A stretch of 64,000 nt of DNA from an archaeon. GTDB lineage: Archaea; EX4484-52; WAPT01. Shown in pieces: positions 10,066 through 19,610 of this stretch. How positions within the stretch are numbered: position 1 is the stretch's first letter; each line of letters opens with the position of its first letter. The notes under the pieces are model-generated. The model did not search any database. It was not told the DNA's origin and saw only the letters and a list, made by a program, of their open reading frames with translations. The position numbers and the translations under genes are program-made. The stretch covers positions 1 through 64,000 of the forward strand of contig JAPDKB010000004.1 of NCBI GenBank assembly GCA_029258795.1, in the 5' to 3' direction.

Positions 10066-10404
10066 TCACTCACTCGCCTTCAACCTCATGATCGCTTCAG
10101 CTATGTCTCCATTGCATTCCTCCAGCGCTTTTCTCGCTTCCTCCATGCTGACATTGGCCTGCTGGGCAACGAGCTCAACATCTTCATCCTTTATGGCAAG
10201 TAATGGCTTTTCCTCCACCTCACCCTGAATCTGGAAGCTCTCAATACCCTGTACCCTTATCTTCTGCACCACAGGGTTCCTTATGATCAGCTCCTTGCTC
10301 TCGCACTTTATTATCACTTCAACGGCATCAACACTCTCAACATTCATGCCAAGCTTTCTCATCATCTTCTCCATCTCTCTAGGGTTAAAGCCGGCTGGCA
10401 GCAT
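10066..10404 (-). CDS. nac: Nascent polypeptide-associated complex protein (archaeal NAC)
   Basis: NPREMEKMMRKLGM N-terminus and UBA-like EDVELVAQQA...GDIAEAI. Confidence 0.95.
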   Translation of the reverse strand: MLPAGFNPREMEKMMRKLGMNVESVDAVEVIIKCESKELIIRNPVVQKIRVQGIESFQIQGEVEEKPLLAIKDEDVELVAQQANVSMEEARKALEECNGDIAEAIMRLKASE

Positions 10405-10443
10405 ATTATCAAACTTTTAAAGAGGGGGAACTCTTAAAAATCT

Positions 10444-11652
10444 ATGGCAGACATCACGATGGCTTTCCTTTTTCTGGCAGCAGTTTTTGCCGGTGTTGGA
10501 ATTGGAACTATAACCGGATTGGTGCCGGGGTTGCACGTGAACAATGCAGCGATACTTCTCTACTCCCTGATGGGTTTGAGCGGGATGGCAAGCGGCAACG
10601 TGTTCATCATCACTCTCATCATCTCAGCAGCCATAACCCACACCTTTGTGGATTTCATTCCATCCATTTTTGTGGGAGCTCCAGAGGAATCGACATCTCT
10701 ATCCGTGCTTCCGGGCCACAGGCTGATGCTCCGCGGCTTGGGTTATCAGGCTGTTGTTTACTCCGCTTGCGCTGGAGTTGCCGGAATCCTGCTATCCATT
10801 TTTTCGCTTCCCCTGCTCCTGAAGGCTGGAGCAGAGATGTATGGAAAGGTGAAAGCAGGGATGCCTTATCTGCTTGGCAGCATTCTGCTTTTCTTGGTGC
10901 TCACGGAAAAAAAGAAGAAGGATGCCATTCTCATCCTTTTCCTTTCATGCATGCTCGGCACGATAGTGCTGTCTTTACCCATGACGAGCTCAGAAACATT
11001 GACAAGCATGCTGACAGGACTTTTCGGCATAAGCACGATGGTGATGAGCATAACCACAAAGCCGAAGGTGAAAAAGCAGAGAATGAATGTGAGGATTGTA
11101 AAGAAGTGCCTGCTGAAGGACTCGCTGCTCGGCACCATGGCAGGCACGCTTTCCGGCCTGCTTCCGGGAGTAACATCAACCCAGACATCCATAATCATGG
11201 CCACGCTTTCCCGAATGAAAAACGAGCTGAGATTCATAAGCTTGTTAGGCGCTGCTAACACGGTGCATGCCTTCATTGCGGTCATGGCCCTTTTCATAAT
11301 CTCAAAGCCAAGGAGTGGTGTGGCTGTGCTGCTGCAGGAGATGAAGATTGAAACCATGATGACGCATATCATAGTGGCATCGATGCTGGCAAGTATGGCA
11401 GCATGCATTCTCACCGTAAAGCTAGCAAAGAAAATCGCAACAAGCTTGGAGCGTTTCAGATATGAAAGGATAAGCCTGGCTGTGCTTTTAATGCTCGTTA
11501 TCATGCTCTTCATCCAGACCTCATGGCTGGGCATGATGGTGGCGTTAACTTCATCATTGCTTGGCATACTGGCTTACAGAAAGAACGTGAAGAAGAGTTT
11601 ACTGATGGCCGCGCTCATTTTTCCCATAATCATCAACTATGTTGTGGTGTGA
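10444..11652 (+). CDS. Tripartite tricarboxylate transporter TctA-family permease (archaeal type)
   Basis: GTITGLVPGLHVN, FIPSIFVGAP, SVLPGH, repeated GLLPG; polytopic membrane protein. Confidence 0.85.
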   Translation: MADITMAFLFLAAVFAGVGIGTITGLVPGLHVNNAAILLYSLMGLSGMASGNVFIITLIISAAITHTFVDFIPSIFVGAPEESTSLSVLPGHRLMLRGLGYQAVVYSACAGVAGILLSIFSLPLLLKAGAEMYGKVKAGMPYLLGSILLFLVLTEKKKKDAILILFLSCMLGTIVLSLPMTSSETLTSMLTGLFGISTMVMSITTKPKVKKQRMNVRIVKKCLLKDSLLGTMAGTLSGLLPGVTSTQTSIIMATLSRMKNELRFISLLGAANTVHAFIAVMALFIISKPRSGVAVLLQEMKIETMMTHIIVASMLASMAACILTVKLAKKIATSLERFRYERISLAVLLMLVIMLFIQTSWLGMMVALTSSLLGILAYRKNVKKSLLMAALIFPIIINYVVV

Positions 11653-11660
11653 AGTTAACA

Positions 11661-11852
11661 CACCCCTTCATTTCATGTGGAAACAAACCGAAAATTTTAT
11701 AAAAATTATCGCAGGGTGGCGTGAATTTCCGCATTAACTTAACCCCCCTTCATTTCATGTGGAAATTTTGCGAATGTTAAGAAACGTTAAAACAATTAGC
11801 TGTTGTGAAAATTCGTAAAATTTGATTTGTTTTCCAAAAAATCACGTGAAAT
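11661..11852. promoter_or_regulatory. ORB (origin recognition box) cluster; putative replication origin or Cdc6 binding site
   Basis: Identical 21-mer ccccttcatttcatgtggaaa at 11663-11683 and 11745-11765 (reverse complement TTTCCACATGAAATGAAGGGG = ORB with G-string); AT-rich tract; inverted mini-ORB atcacgtgaaat at 11841-11852. Confidence 0.75.
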
Positions 11853-14800
11853 CATGAAGAATTGTTTGAGGCAACAGCAAACAAGCTTATCTGCCTGTCT
11901 TTCCTACCGAATAAATTATCTATATCTCTCTCCAGAAGCTTGAAGGTCTGGAGCACATAGCTTGAAACGCGGTAACGCTCAAGCAGCATTTTCGTTGGCT
12001 CGACGTACTTTCTTATGGCGCCTTCCGGCACAGTCAGCAGGAGTTTGCCACCACACTTCTCGCATTTACCGCTCAGAGGCACACGCCTGTACTTTTCGTT
12101 GCAGTCCACACATCTGAACGTCTGCTTGGAGAAGGTTCGCAAATTACCCTTTATGTCTCGCAGAAAGTGGTTAACTATTACAGCTTCCGCCACCTTGTTT
12201 TCATCGCAAGCCCTTATCAGCTCCGCTATCCTCAACTGCTCCTCTATCTTCTCCTCCATTTTCTTGAGCAGAACATACCTAGTTTTCAGCGGAGCGTCCA
12301 CTATGCTTGCCGTATCATGCGTGAACTTCATCCTTATTTCCTCCCGATCGAGCACATCCTCCACCACTCTCGGCCTTACCTCTATTTCAGTAGGCATGGC
12401 GTAATTCAGGGTTGCGTAGTAGAACTCGAGAGGGTAGCGCTCATCTATGTCTATGTTCCATGCTTCATCATCTATCTCTTCAGGATTCAGCTGCACGGTA
12501 AGGACAAGCGGCGCATCCATCGTGGAAGCACCTCTCGTTGCTGGCAGATATTTTCTAGAGAAGTTCAGCAAGGCATCCATTAAAAGCATTATAGAGTCCT
12601 CATCTCCATCCGCGTTGCGGCGTTTCGCAGCATGCCAGAAGGGGTGTGCAAAACACACCCTCGCTTTGGTAAAGCCGATTATCCTTCCAACTATGCCCGC
12701 TGATGTGTGCGGCGCTAACCCAATCACGAGCTTGCCTATCAGATCTTCCTTCTTCTTCACGTTGTAGTATGGCTTAAGTCCGTAGAACTTGACGAGAAGT
12801 TCATCCACGAACTTTGCCACCCTCACCAAATACTCGGCTGCTGAGCTCTCATCGTTATCAGAGATTATTATGTCCTGAGGCATCAGCTCAACTATCTGCT
12901 CATCACTAACGAGCTCCTTGCCATAAATATCGTGTGTGTAGCCCAGCTCCCTCAGCTTCTCAACACTCACCCCTATTTCCTTCGGCTTGAAATGTGTTAG
13001 AGGCACGTCCGTGCTGTCATATCTGATGGTGCCGTCCTTGTTAACATACAGACCATGCTTGACCCTCAGCAGACCCTTCTCAAGCCGTTCCATCGTTCTT
13101 TCAGCTCCGGAAACGCCGCGCACACCTTTGAAAAGATTGGGCAGCTCCTTCATTTGGAGGTTACGAAGAGCATCATTAACGAACTTCCTTATCTTCACGT
13201 TCATTTTGGCATAAGGTCTGGTTTCCATACCGCAGTGCTTCCTCTCCTTCACTATCCTGCCACACTTAACGCACTGGAAATAAAGTGTCGTCTCGCTCCC
13301 GCAGAGAGGGCAGACGGGATAAAAGACAAAATCGTTGCATTTCTCACACTTGTAGAGTGGGAATTCAGCTTCCACATATCCCTTGGAATAAGCCTCACTT
13401 ATGTTCCTCATCCTGCCTCCCTGCTGTCCGCACGGGAAGAGCACCTGAGGTCTGCCCTTCATCACCCGTTTATCAGCTTTCTCTGGCCTGCCCATCTTCG
13501 TGCCCAATCTTGTGGGGGCTTTCTTCATTATTTTTACGCCAGCCAGCTTCTCCAGAGCTTCCATCACATCGCTGCTGCTATCGATTTTTTCCAGTAAAGA
13601 GTTCACGTTAACTTCATCCGGCCTGCCCAGACAGTAATATGCTGCCAAGCTTTTTTCACGCAGGTGAATTTTGCCGTCCTTAACTTCACACGGCAGGCAT
13701 AACTCCTGCAAAATTGCATGAAGCTTCTCATCATAATCAAGCACAAACACACCATTTTCCATCCTGCCCTTAGAGAAGAAGCTAACGAGCTGCTTCAGCT
13801 GCTCCTTATCTATGTCGTGCCAGAAAAAATTATAGTAGGGGTGGAGCGGCACACCCAGCTCTTTTGAAATTGTAAAAGCTTCTTCCAGCGCTGGCGAGAC
13901 ATACGGTTTCCTAATGTACCTGCTGACATCAGCGCTGCACCTCTTTCCTTCCTTCAGTGCTTTCTCAACCTCAAGGACCCACCACTCCTCGCAATAACCA
14001 GCTGGCAGTAAAACGTGGTTGTTGGAGAGAAACTCACCGAAAGGCACGAGTATGTCTCCCAAACTAAGAATCTTCACAACGTTTCTCTTATGGTGTTCAA
14101 CATCCTCTTTGCTCTTCAGCTCAACTATACTTCCGTCTTTGAGCAGGACAACTGGCCCCTCAATAGCATCACAAACAGTGACCACCGTTGCTTTACCCGG
14201 AGCTTCGGTCGCCATCTGAGTGCCAATGGCAAGGAAATCAACAAGATGTGCTGTTGCAGGATGGATCGCTGTGGCTGCAAGTCCTGCTGTTCTTGCCCTC
14301 CCGTACCTCAATCTAAATCCTCCCTTTCTTGCTGGATGCGCTATTATGGGCCTTCCAGCAACAATCTTCTCCAGATACTTGGTGCTCGGGATGTATTTGG
14401 CTCCATCTCCCTCCTCCCTTTTTACATCCTTGGCAGCATGTATCCTGTGCTTCATTTCTATGAATTCCTCCAGCCACAACCAGTCCTCCAGACCAAACTC
14501 CTTACCGTACTTCTTTATTTTCTTCAAGAGCTTCTCTGCTTTCAATGGCAAACCATCGAGCAGAACAAGACACATCCCGCCTCTTATCCTGTTGGTCTCC
14601 ACCCTCTCCAGATCCTTGTAGTTGCTGACCTCCAGCTTTTCGGTTGGCTCTCCGGTCATCTCAACTGGCACGTTCTTTATTATGAACTCTATCTCCTCTT
14701 TGGTTGGATGGTACTGCTTCTTAGCAACACGATTGTAATAATCCTCTACCTCTGTGTAGTAACGCAGTATTTCCTTTTCCTCCGGCTTGTATCTATCCAG

Positions 14801-15319
14801 CCCCAGAGCACGCCTTATGTAATCTGCTGCCACCACAGACATGGCAGATGCTGTACCTCCCGCACTCCTTATCGGACCAGCGTAATAAACCGCAAGATAC
14901 TCCGTCCCATCATTGTTTTTCTTAATCCTCACCCTCGATATTCCTTCAAGTGGTGCAGTAACCACACCGAGAGTTAGATATGCGACAGCAACCCTAACAC
15001 CGGCTTCAGCCGCCTCCTCCCTGCTTTCAAAAGAGCAGAATTTACCGAGGGCTGTTTCCTTCCCCGCTATGAAAGCCACCCTCTCGTCATTCTTGTGGTA
15101 CTGGCCTTCCAGCTCCCTGATCCTCTCCTTCAAACCGGAATTGAAAATCTGCGGGAAGATGATTGAAACCAGTCCCTCCACCTTTGCCGCAAGGTCTTCC
15201 GCCACAGGTATTGCTACCTTTTTCTCAGGGTCATAACCTCTTGCCCTTGCCTGATTTGCTATGCTGTACGCTTTCTCACATTCCTCCTTTATCGCTGAGA
15301 AATAATCCTTCCATCGCAT
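11852..15319 (-). CDS. polC: DNA polymerase D large subunit DP2
   Basis: YYAGPIRSAGGT, GFRLRYGRAR, LAPHTSAG, RRNADGDED catalytic motif, Zn fingers; start moved to MRWKDYF because the longer ORF overlaps the + gene at 15377; no intein seen. Confidence 0.97.
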   Translation of the reverse strand: MRWKDYFSAIKEECEKAYSIANQARARGYDPEKKVAIPVAEDLAAKVEGLVSIIFPQIFNSGLKERIRELEGQYHKNDERVAFIAGKETALGKFCSFESREEAAEAGVRVAVAYLTLGVVTAPLEGISRVRIKKNNDGTEYLAVYYAGPIRSAGGTASAMSVVAADYIRRALGLDRYKPEEKEILRYYTEVEDYYNRVAKKQYHPTKEEIEFIIKNVPVEMTGEPTEKLEVSNYKDLERVETNRIRGGMCLVLLDGLPLKAEKLLKKIKKYGKEFGLEDWLWLEEFIEMKHRIHAAKDVKREEGDGAKYIPSTKYLEKIVAGRPIIAHPARKGGFRLRYGRARTAGLAATAIHPATAHLVDFLAIGTQMATEAPGKATVVTVCDAIEGPVVLLKDGSIVELKSKEDVEHHKRNVVKILSLGDILVPFGEFLSNNHVLLPAGYCEEWWVLEVEKALKEGKRCSADVSRYIRKPYVSPALEEAFTISKELGVPLHPYYNFFWHDIDKEQLKQLVSFFSKGRMENGVFVLDYDEKLHAILQELCLPCEVKDGKIHLREKSLAAYYCLGRPDEVNVNSLLEKIDSSSDVMEALEKLAGVKIMKKAPTRLGTKMGRPEKADKRVMKGRPQVLFPCGQQGGRMRNISEAYSKGYVEAEFPLYKCEKCNDFVFYPVCPLCGSETTLYFQCVKCGRIVKERKHCGMETRPYAKMNVKIRKFVNDALRNLQMKELPNLFKGVRGVSGAERTMERLEKGLLRVKHGLYVNKDGTIRYDSTDVPLTHFKPKEIGVSVEKLRELGYTHDIYGKELVSDEQIVELMPQDIIISDNDESSAAEYLVRVAKFVDELLVKFYGLKPYYNVKKKEDLIGKLVIGLAPHTSAGIVGRIIGFTKARVCFAHPFWHAAKRRNADGDEDSIMLLMDALLNFSRKYLPATRGASTMDAPLVLTVQLNPEEIDDEAWNIDIDERYPLEFYYATLNYAMPTEIEVRPRVVEDVLDREEIRMKFTHDTASIVDAPLKTRYVLLKKMEEKIEEQLRIAELIRACDENKVAEAVIVNHFLRDIKGNLRTFSKQTFRCVDCNEKYRRVPLSGKCEKCGGKLLLTVPEGAIRKYVEPTKMLLERYRVSSYVLQTFKLLERDIDNLFGRKDRQISLFAVASNNSS

Positions 15320-15376
15320 GGCAACAAATATTGATATATCAAAACTTTTATTTAATTTCAGAGCCAAAGAGTAAGC

Positions 15377-15964
15377 ATGGTGTTTGGCTTTCTTTTTGGA
15401 AAGAAGGAAAAGCAGAACAAAAAGGATGAGCTCGAGGAGATAAAGAACCGTGTTCTGAGCACGGAAAACGCGCTGCACCAGCTTTCTGCTTACACTCAGG
15501 AGGAAATAACGAAAATCTATTCCTACCTCCATCAGTTACACACAGACATAGATGGAATTGCAAGTGTTGTTGACGAGCTCAAAAATGGAAGAGGTAATGA
15601 TAGTGGTGCTGCTATTTCCATCCTTCAGCAGAGGGTTGAGAGCCTTGAAAGGATGGCCGATAACCTTTCTATAATAGGCAGGGTCGCGCTGAAAAATCAT
15701 GAGAGGATAAGCAAGCTGGAAAGCAGGATAAATGAGATGCTTCTTGCGATAGACAGGCTTGTGGATGAGGTCATAAAGAACAGCGCCCAAGCAATAAGTA
15801 CTGAGGAAAGGAAGAAAGAGAAAGCCGAAAAAAAGGAGGAGACAGAAGTGAAGGCTGAGGTGAAAAAGGAGGAGAAGAAAGGGAGGATGTCGAAGGAGAG
15901 GGAGTACCTTGCTGAACTTGCAAGATTGAGGAAAGAACTCGTGGAGCTAAAAACATTCAGCTAA
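15377..15964 (+). CDS. Coiled-coil protein with N-terminal amphipathic motif (MVFGFLFGKK)
   Basis: 195-aa ORF, heptad-like helical content, codon usage like its neighbours, divergent from DP2. Confidence 0.7.
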   Translation: MVFGFLFGKKEKQNKKDELEEIKNRVLSTENALHQLSAYTQEEITKIYSYLHQLHTDIDGIASVVDELKNGRGNDSGAAISILQQRVESLERMADNLSIIGRVALKNHERISKLESRINEMLLAIDRLVDEVIKNSAQAISTEERKKEKAEKKEETEVKAEVKKEEKKGRMSKEREYLAELARLRKELVELKTFS

Positions 15965-16029
15965 TGTCGAGTAAAATTGGGGATGGTGTAGGAAACATTT
16001 ATAAATGATGAAATTCGAACATACTTACT

Positions 16030-16290
16030 GAGGTAATTGCCATGGCGGCTACCCCGAAAACAAAACATTACAGGATGTTCTTTAAGAAGTGGGTAGCCGT
16101 TGGAATGTATCTAATTCCCGGATGCTCCACAGAATAAATCCGGGATGACTCCACATCTCTTCTCATGGGGTGTGGACGACCGGAGGAGGTTGGTGTGCTG
16201 ATCTTCTCGGATGGAATTGATTCGGAGGGTGGGGGTCTGGAGGAGAGAAGGTACACACCCCCCACCGTCCGAGCCCGATTTTCCTCTTTT
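16030..16290 (+). ncRNA. Unassigned structured RNA (five consecutive hairpins), possibly a structured small mRNA
   Basis: Stems ggcggctaccc/gggtagccgtt, tcccggat/atccggga, tccacatctc/ggggtgtgga, ccggaggaggttgg/ctgatcttctcgg, tcggagggtggggg/cccccaccgtccga; G-U pairs favour the + strand; TATA (tttataaa about 15998) upstream and a T-rich tract downstream. Confidence 0.55.
16042..16137 (+). CDS. Putative 31-aa small protein MAATPKTKHYRMFFKKWVAVGMYLIPGCSTE
   Basis: GAGGT RBS-like sequence about 7 nt upstream of ATG; lies downstream of the TATA box; ORF 5' part is sequestered in a stem. Confidence 0.35.
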   Translation: MAATPKTKHYRMFFKKWVAVGMYLIPGCSTE

Positions 16291-16416
16291 CCACATGTAG
16301 AAGTGGTGACCCTAATATTTTAGACAAACCTACATATAAATTTTTCGGTTAATGGGAAAAATTTCCTAAAATGAAAAAAGAAAAGCTTAAATAAGTTGGA
16401 AGGAATCTCAAACCTT

Positions 16417-16647
16417 ATGCGCGTGTCGATGGTTGAGCTGATTGTGGATGCCAAAATGGAAGATGTGGAAAACGCTTTGAAAAACAGCGAGTTTGTGGAT
16501 GATTTTGAAATAGAACCTCTTGACAAGGAAGACGTGCGAAAAAGCGTGCTGATAGTTTTCAAGGAACTGGTGGATTCCAAATACCTTGATGAGGTTCTGC
16601 GCAAAATCTTTCCGTTTGAGGAGATAAAGAAGGGCTTGGAAGAATGA
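16417..16647 (+). CDS. Small acidic hypothetical protein
   Basis: ORF preceded by BRE/TATA-like gaaaagcttaaata at leaderless spacing; converges with DP1. Confidence 0.6.
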   Translation: MRVSMVELIVDAKMEDVENALKNSEFVDDFEIEPLDKEDVRKSVLIVFKELVDSKYLDEVLRKIFPFEEIKKGLEE

Positions 16648-16649
16648 AC

Positions 16650-18122
16650 TCAGTTGTAAAAGTCCAGAACCCTCACTTCTCTCGTGTTTAGCTCGACCAC
16701 AGTCACCTTTCCAGGATTGGCAACATGCCCAACCCTGTCCATAAAGCTGGTTTGTGCCTGGAAGGTTGATGAGCTGATGAGAGTTATGCCCTTGTAGTTA
16801 TCAACACAGTGTGAGTGCAGATCACCTGTATGGAATATATCTGGAACCTTATCTATAACCAGCTGATCATGTTCGTGTGGTGCCTGAATTATACATCCGT
16901 ACGCTGGAGCAAGATGCCTCTTCTTCAGCACTTCCTTCATGACGTATTGTGGGTTTGTGGTGCCGTACTTCCTTATAGGAGTTATCATATCTATAAGGGA
17001 GGTGAAGCTATAGCCGTGATACATTAAAACAAGTATGCCTTTTTCCCCGTCTTTTCTGTGTATTCTGACGTAAGCAGGATTCGTGGCCAGAAAAACGTTG
17101 TTCAGGTGGTAGAGTTCTGGAACAAGCTCTTTGGGTAGAGGTGGTTGTGGCTCCGCGCTCCTCACAGCGTCGTGGTTTCCGGGGCAGAGCACAATAGCTA
17201 TGTGTTCTGGAATCTTTTCCACAAACCTTTCGAGGAGCTCGTACTGCTTATATATGTCCTTCACAACCAAATCATCCTCCTGTTCAGGATATATTCCTAT
17301 GCCATCCACAAGGTCTCCCGCAATGAATAGGTATTTGACAGAAGATGCTATCTTGTCATCCTTATCGTTTATCCATTTCAAAAACCTCCTTTCAATATCC
17401 ACTATGAACTCCTTGCTTCCGAAGTGGAGATCTGAGATGAAAACCGCGGAAACGGGATCACTCACCTTATTTATGTCTGTGGGCAGCGGAACATCGGGAA
17501 AAACTATGTTCGATGCGTAAAAGAAATTTCCATTATAATTACCCCTTAAGCCAATAACCTCATCCTCCAGAACATAATCTCCCAGTTTGGTGGCATCATC
17601 TTTCAAAAAAACATTAACCACGCCTGTCGTGTCCTCCAGTTCAAGAATGTAATTTCCATTTTTGGTTTTCGTTTTTTCACGCACAACCCCGATTATAGCG
17701 GTTTCACCATTCCCCTTAATATCCTTTAACTTTCCTATGGAAACTGCATTCCTCAGTTCTGCGCGCTGCATCAAAATATCTCTTATTTTTTCGTATCTAT
17801 CCTTGAACATCTCAACGAAAAGTTCAACACCTTTTTGGGAAATATTTCCATTTGAGGTGTCTCTGTTCTCAACCTCCACAAAGAAATCATACTCCTCCGC
17901 TTTAACCCTTTTAACCGGCCTTATGACTTCAACCCTCTCTTCATTTCTCACCTCTTCAACCAACGGCTCGAGGTGCTTTCTTGTGAGTACACCCTCCTCT
18001 ATCTCCAAAGAATATATTTTCTCAACAGGAATTCCATGCTCCTTTATGAAATCGAAAGCTGATGGCTCAATGAGAATTCCACGTTCCATCAACTCAAAGA
18101 TCAGCTTCTGTACAGATTCCAT
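16650..18122 (-). CDS. polB: DNA polymerase D small subunit DP1 (proofreading exonuclease)
   Basis: OB fold (LEDTTG) and calcineurin-like motifs ISDLHFG, AGDLVDG, PGNHD, YHG, HTGDLH. Confidence 0.96.
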   Translation of the reverse strand: MESVQKLIFELMERGILIEPSAFDFIKEHGIPVEKIYSLEIEEGVLTRKHLEPLVEEVRNEERVEVIRPVKRVKAEEYDFFVEVENRDTSNGNISQKGVELFVEMFKDRYEKIRDILMQRAELRNAVSIGKLKDIKGNGETAIIGVVREKTKTKNGNYILELEDTTGVVNVFLKDDATKLGDYVLEDEVIGLRGNYNGNFFYASNIVFPDVPLPTDINKVSDPVSAVFISDLHFGSKEFIVDIERRFLKWINDKDDKIASSVKYLFIAGDLVDGIGIYPEQEDDLVVKDIYKQYELLERFVEKIPEHIAIVLCPGNHDAVRSAEPQPPLPKELVPELYHLNNVFLATNPAYVRIHRKDGEKGILVLMYHGYSFTSLIDMITPIRKYGTTNPQYVMKEVLKKRHLAPAYGCIIQAPHEHDQLVIDKVPDIFHTGDLHSHCVDNYKGITLISSSTFQAQTSFMDRVGHVANPGKVTVVELNTREVRVLDFYN

Positions 18123-18146
18123 AAGGATTTTGATTATGGTGGAATG

Positions 18147-19385
18147 TTATAAATCTAATTCCTGCTTGAGTAAGAGAAGTATTTTGTCGTGTGTTGTTTT
18201 TGAGATGGAGAGTGAGATCTCTCTTGTCCTCCCATACCTGCCTTTAGAGATGACGCTCGCGTTTATTAAGCCCTGGATGTCGAGCTCCGCTATTATGTCT
18301 GAGACACGTCTTTGTGTTAAGGGTCTCAACCCCATCTGCGCACACAACAACTCGTAGCTTTTCTGTATGTCTCCCGTGAGCACGCACTTCTTTCTTTTGA
18401 GCACGGTTAGAATTGCGAAAAGCACCAATTTCGAGTGTTTGGGTAGCACACGTGCTGCTTCAGTCATCCTGTCAAGATCAAGTTTCTCTTCCGCCATATC
18501 TATGTGCTTTTCCTCCACCCTATCATCATTATTCCTTTCAGCGATCTCACCCGCTATCCTTAATAGGTCAAGAGCCCTTCTCGCATCACCATGTTCCTGC
18601 GCTGCCAGAGCAGCACATTTGTTTATGGCTGCTTCATCTATCTTCCCTTCATTGAAAGCAAGCATGGCCCTATCAAAAAGTATGTCCTTAAGCTGTTCAT
18701 AATTATAAGGTGGAAATATGATCTCCTCTTCAGAAAGTGATGATTTGACTCTGGCATCAAGACAATCTATGAATGAAAGGTCGTTTGATATCCCAATTAT
18801 AGATACGTTCACATCGTTTGTTGTTTCACACATCCTTGTGAAATTGTAAAGAAGCTCGTCCCCAACCTTTTTCACAAGAGCGTCAATCTCATCCAGAACA
18901 AGAATGACGTTTCCACCCACTCTTTCCAGCGCGTTATAAAACCTCCTGTAAACTTCATCAGTAGGGAGGCCGGTTGTTGGTATCTCCTCCCCCAACAAAT
19001 TTGCGAGATGTGCTAAAAGCCTGTACTCTGTGTCGGCAACCTTTTTCATCTTGCAGTTGGCAAAGAGAACCCTCAATTTTATATTATGTTTCTCAGCAAA
19101 AGCTTCCAAATTCGAAGTAACGTAAGTTGTTACTAAGGTTTTACCCGTACCAGTCAACCCGTAAATAAATATATTGGATGGCTTTTCATTTCTGAGGACG
19201 GGAGCTAAAATTCTACTAAGTGTGTTGATCTGCTCATCTCTGTGGTAGATCTTCTCTGGTCGGTATTTGATGGAGAGCGCGTCCTTGTTTTTAAAAATAG
19301 ATTCTTTCTTCATGAAATCTTCAAAGAGGTTTTCCAAGGTTTTTTGTGTTGGAGTTGTGTAATGAGATAGTGTTCTCTCCTCCAT
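18147..19385 (-). CDS. cdc6: Orc1/Cdc6 replication initiator
   Basis: HRDEQI, GLTGTGKT Walker A, VLDEID Walker B, HGDARRALDLLR, SKGRYGRTR winged helix; start taken at MEERT. Confidence 0.97.
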   Translation of the reverse strand: MEERTLSHYTTPTQKTLENLFEDFMKKESIFKNKDALSIKYRPEKIYHRDEQINTLSRILAPVLRNEKPSNIFIYGLTGTGKTLVTTYVTSNLEAFAEKHNIKLRVLFANCKMKKVADTEYRLLAHLANLLGEEIPTTGLPTDEVYRRFYNALERVGGNVILVLDEIDALVKKVGDELLYNFTRMCETTNDVNVSIIGISNDLSFIDCLDARVKSSLSEEEIIFPPYNYEQLKDILFDRAMLAFNEGKIDEAAINKCAALAAQEHGDARRALDLLRIAGEIAERNNDDRVEEKHIDMAEEKLDLDRMTEAARVLPKHSKLVLFAILTVLKRKKCVLTGDIQKSYELLCAQMGLRPLTQRRVSDIIAELDIQGLINASVISKGRYGRTREISLSISKTTHDKILLLLKQELDL

Positions 19386-19388
19386 AAG

Positions 19389-19600
19389 CATCACATGAAA
19401 TATAGGAAGTGTAGGTGTATTGTAACATCTCAATTAAAAAATTTAAAATAATGGTTTGGGTTGGTGTGAGAGACACTCCTTCATTTCTCATGGAATAGAT
19501 AATTATATTAAGCGATTTTTTATAACAATGTTATATTAAAAAACACATCTAAATACCATTCCATTTGAAATCAAGGGGGCACTCCACTAGAAATGATAAG
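19389..19600. promoter_or_regulatory. Replication origin (oriC): inverted ORBs flanking an AT-rich DUE upstream of cdc6
   Basis: ORB(-) cactccttcatttctcatggaata 19474-19497; AT-rich 19498-19557; ORB(+) attccatttgaaatcaaggggg 19558-19579; mini-ORBs at about 19390 and 19582. Confidence 0.85.
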
Positions 19601-19610
19601 AAGTTAATGT

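Noticed and set aside
14015-14977. Long antisense ORFs (320 aa here; also 38287-39012, 62045-62854, 10866-11567, 17662-18357)
   Set aside because: Antisense shadows of well-supported genes, with atypical composition and no motifs
15320-15532. N-terminal extension of DP2 in the ORF track
   Set aside because: Overlaps the + strand coiled-coil gene; DP2 homology begins at MRWKDYF
16030-16310. RNase P RNA on the - strand (GAGGAAAAUCGGGC resembles CR-I; AGAUACAU resembles CR-IV)
   Set aside because: No CR-V or P4 partner strand found, and several hairpins rely on G-U pairs that become A-C mismatches on this strand; an Rfam scan should still be run
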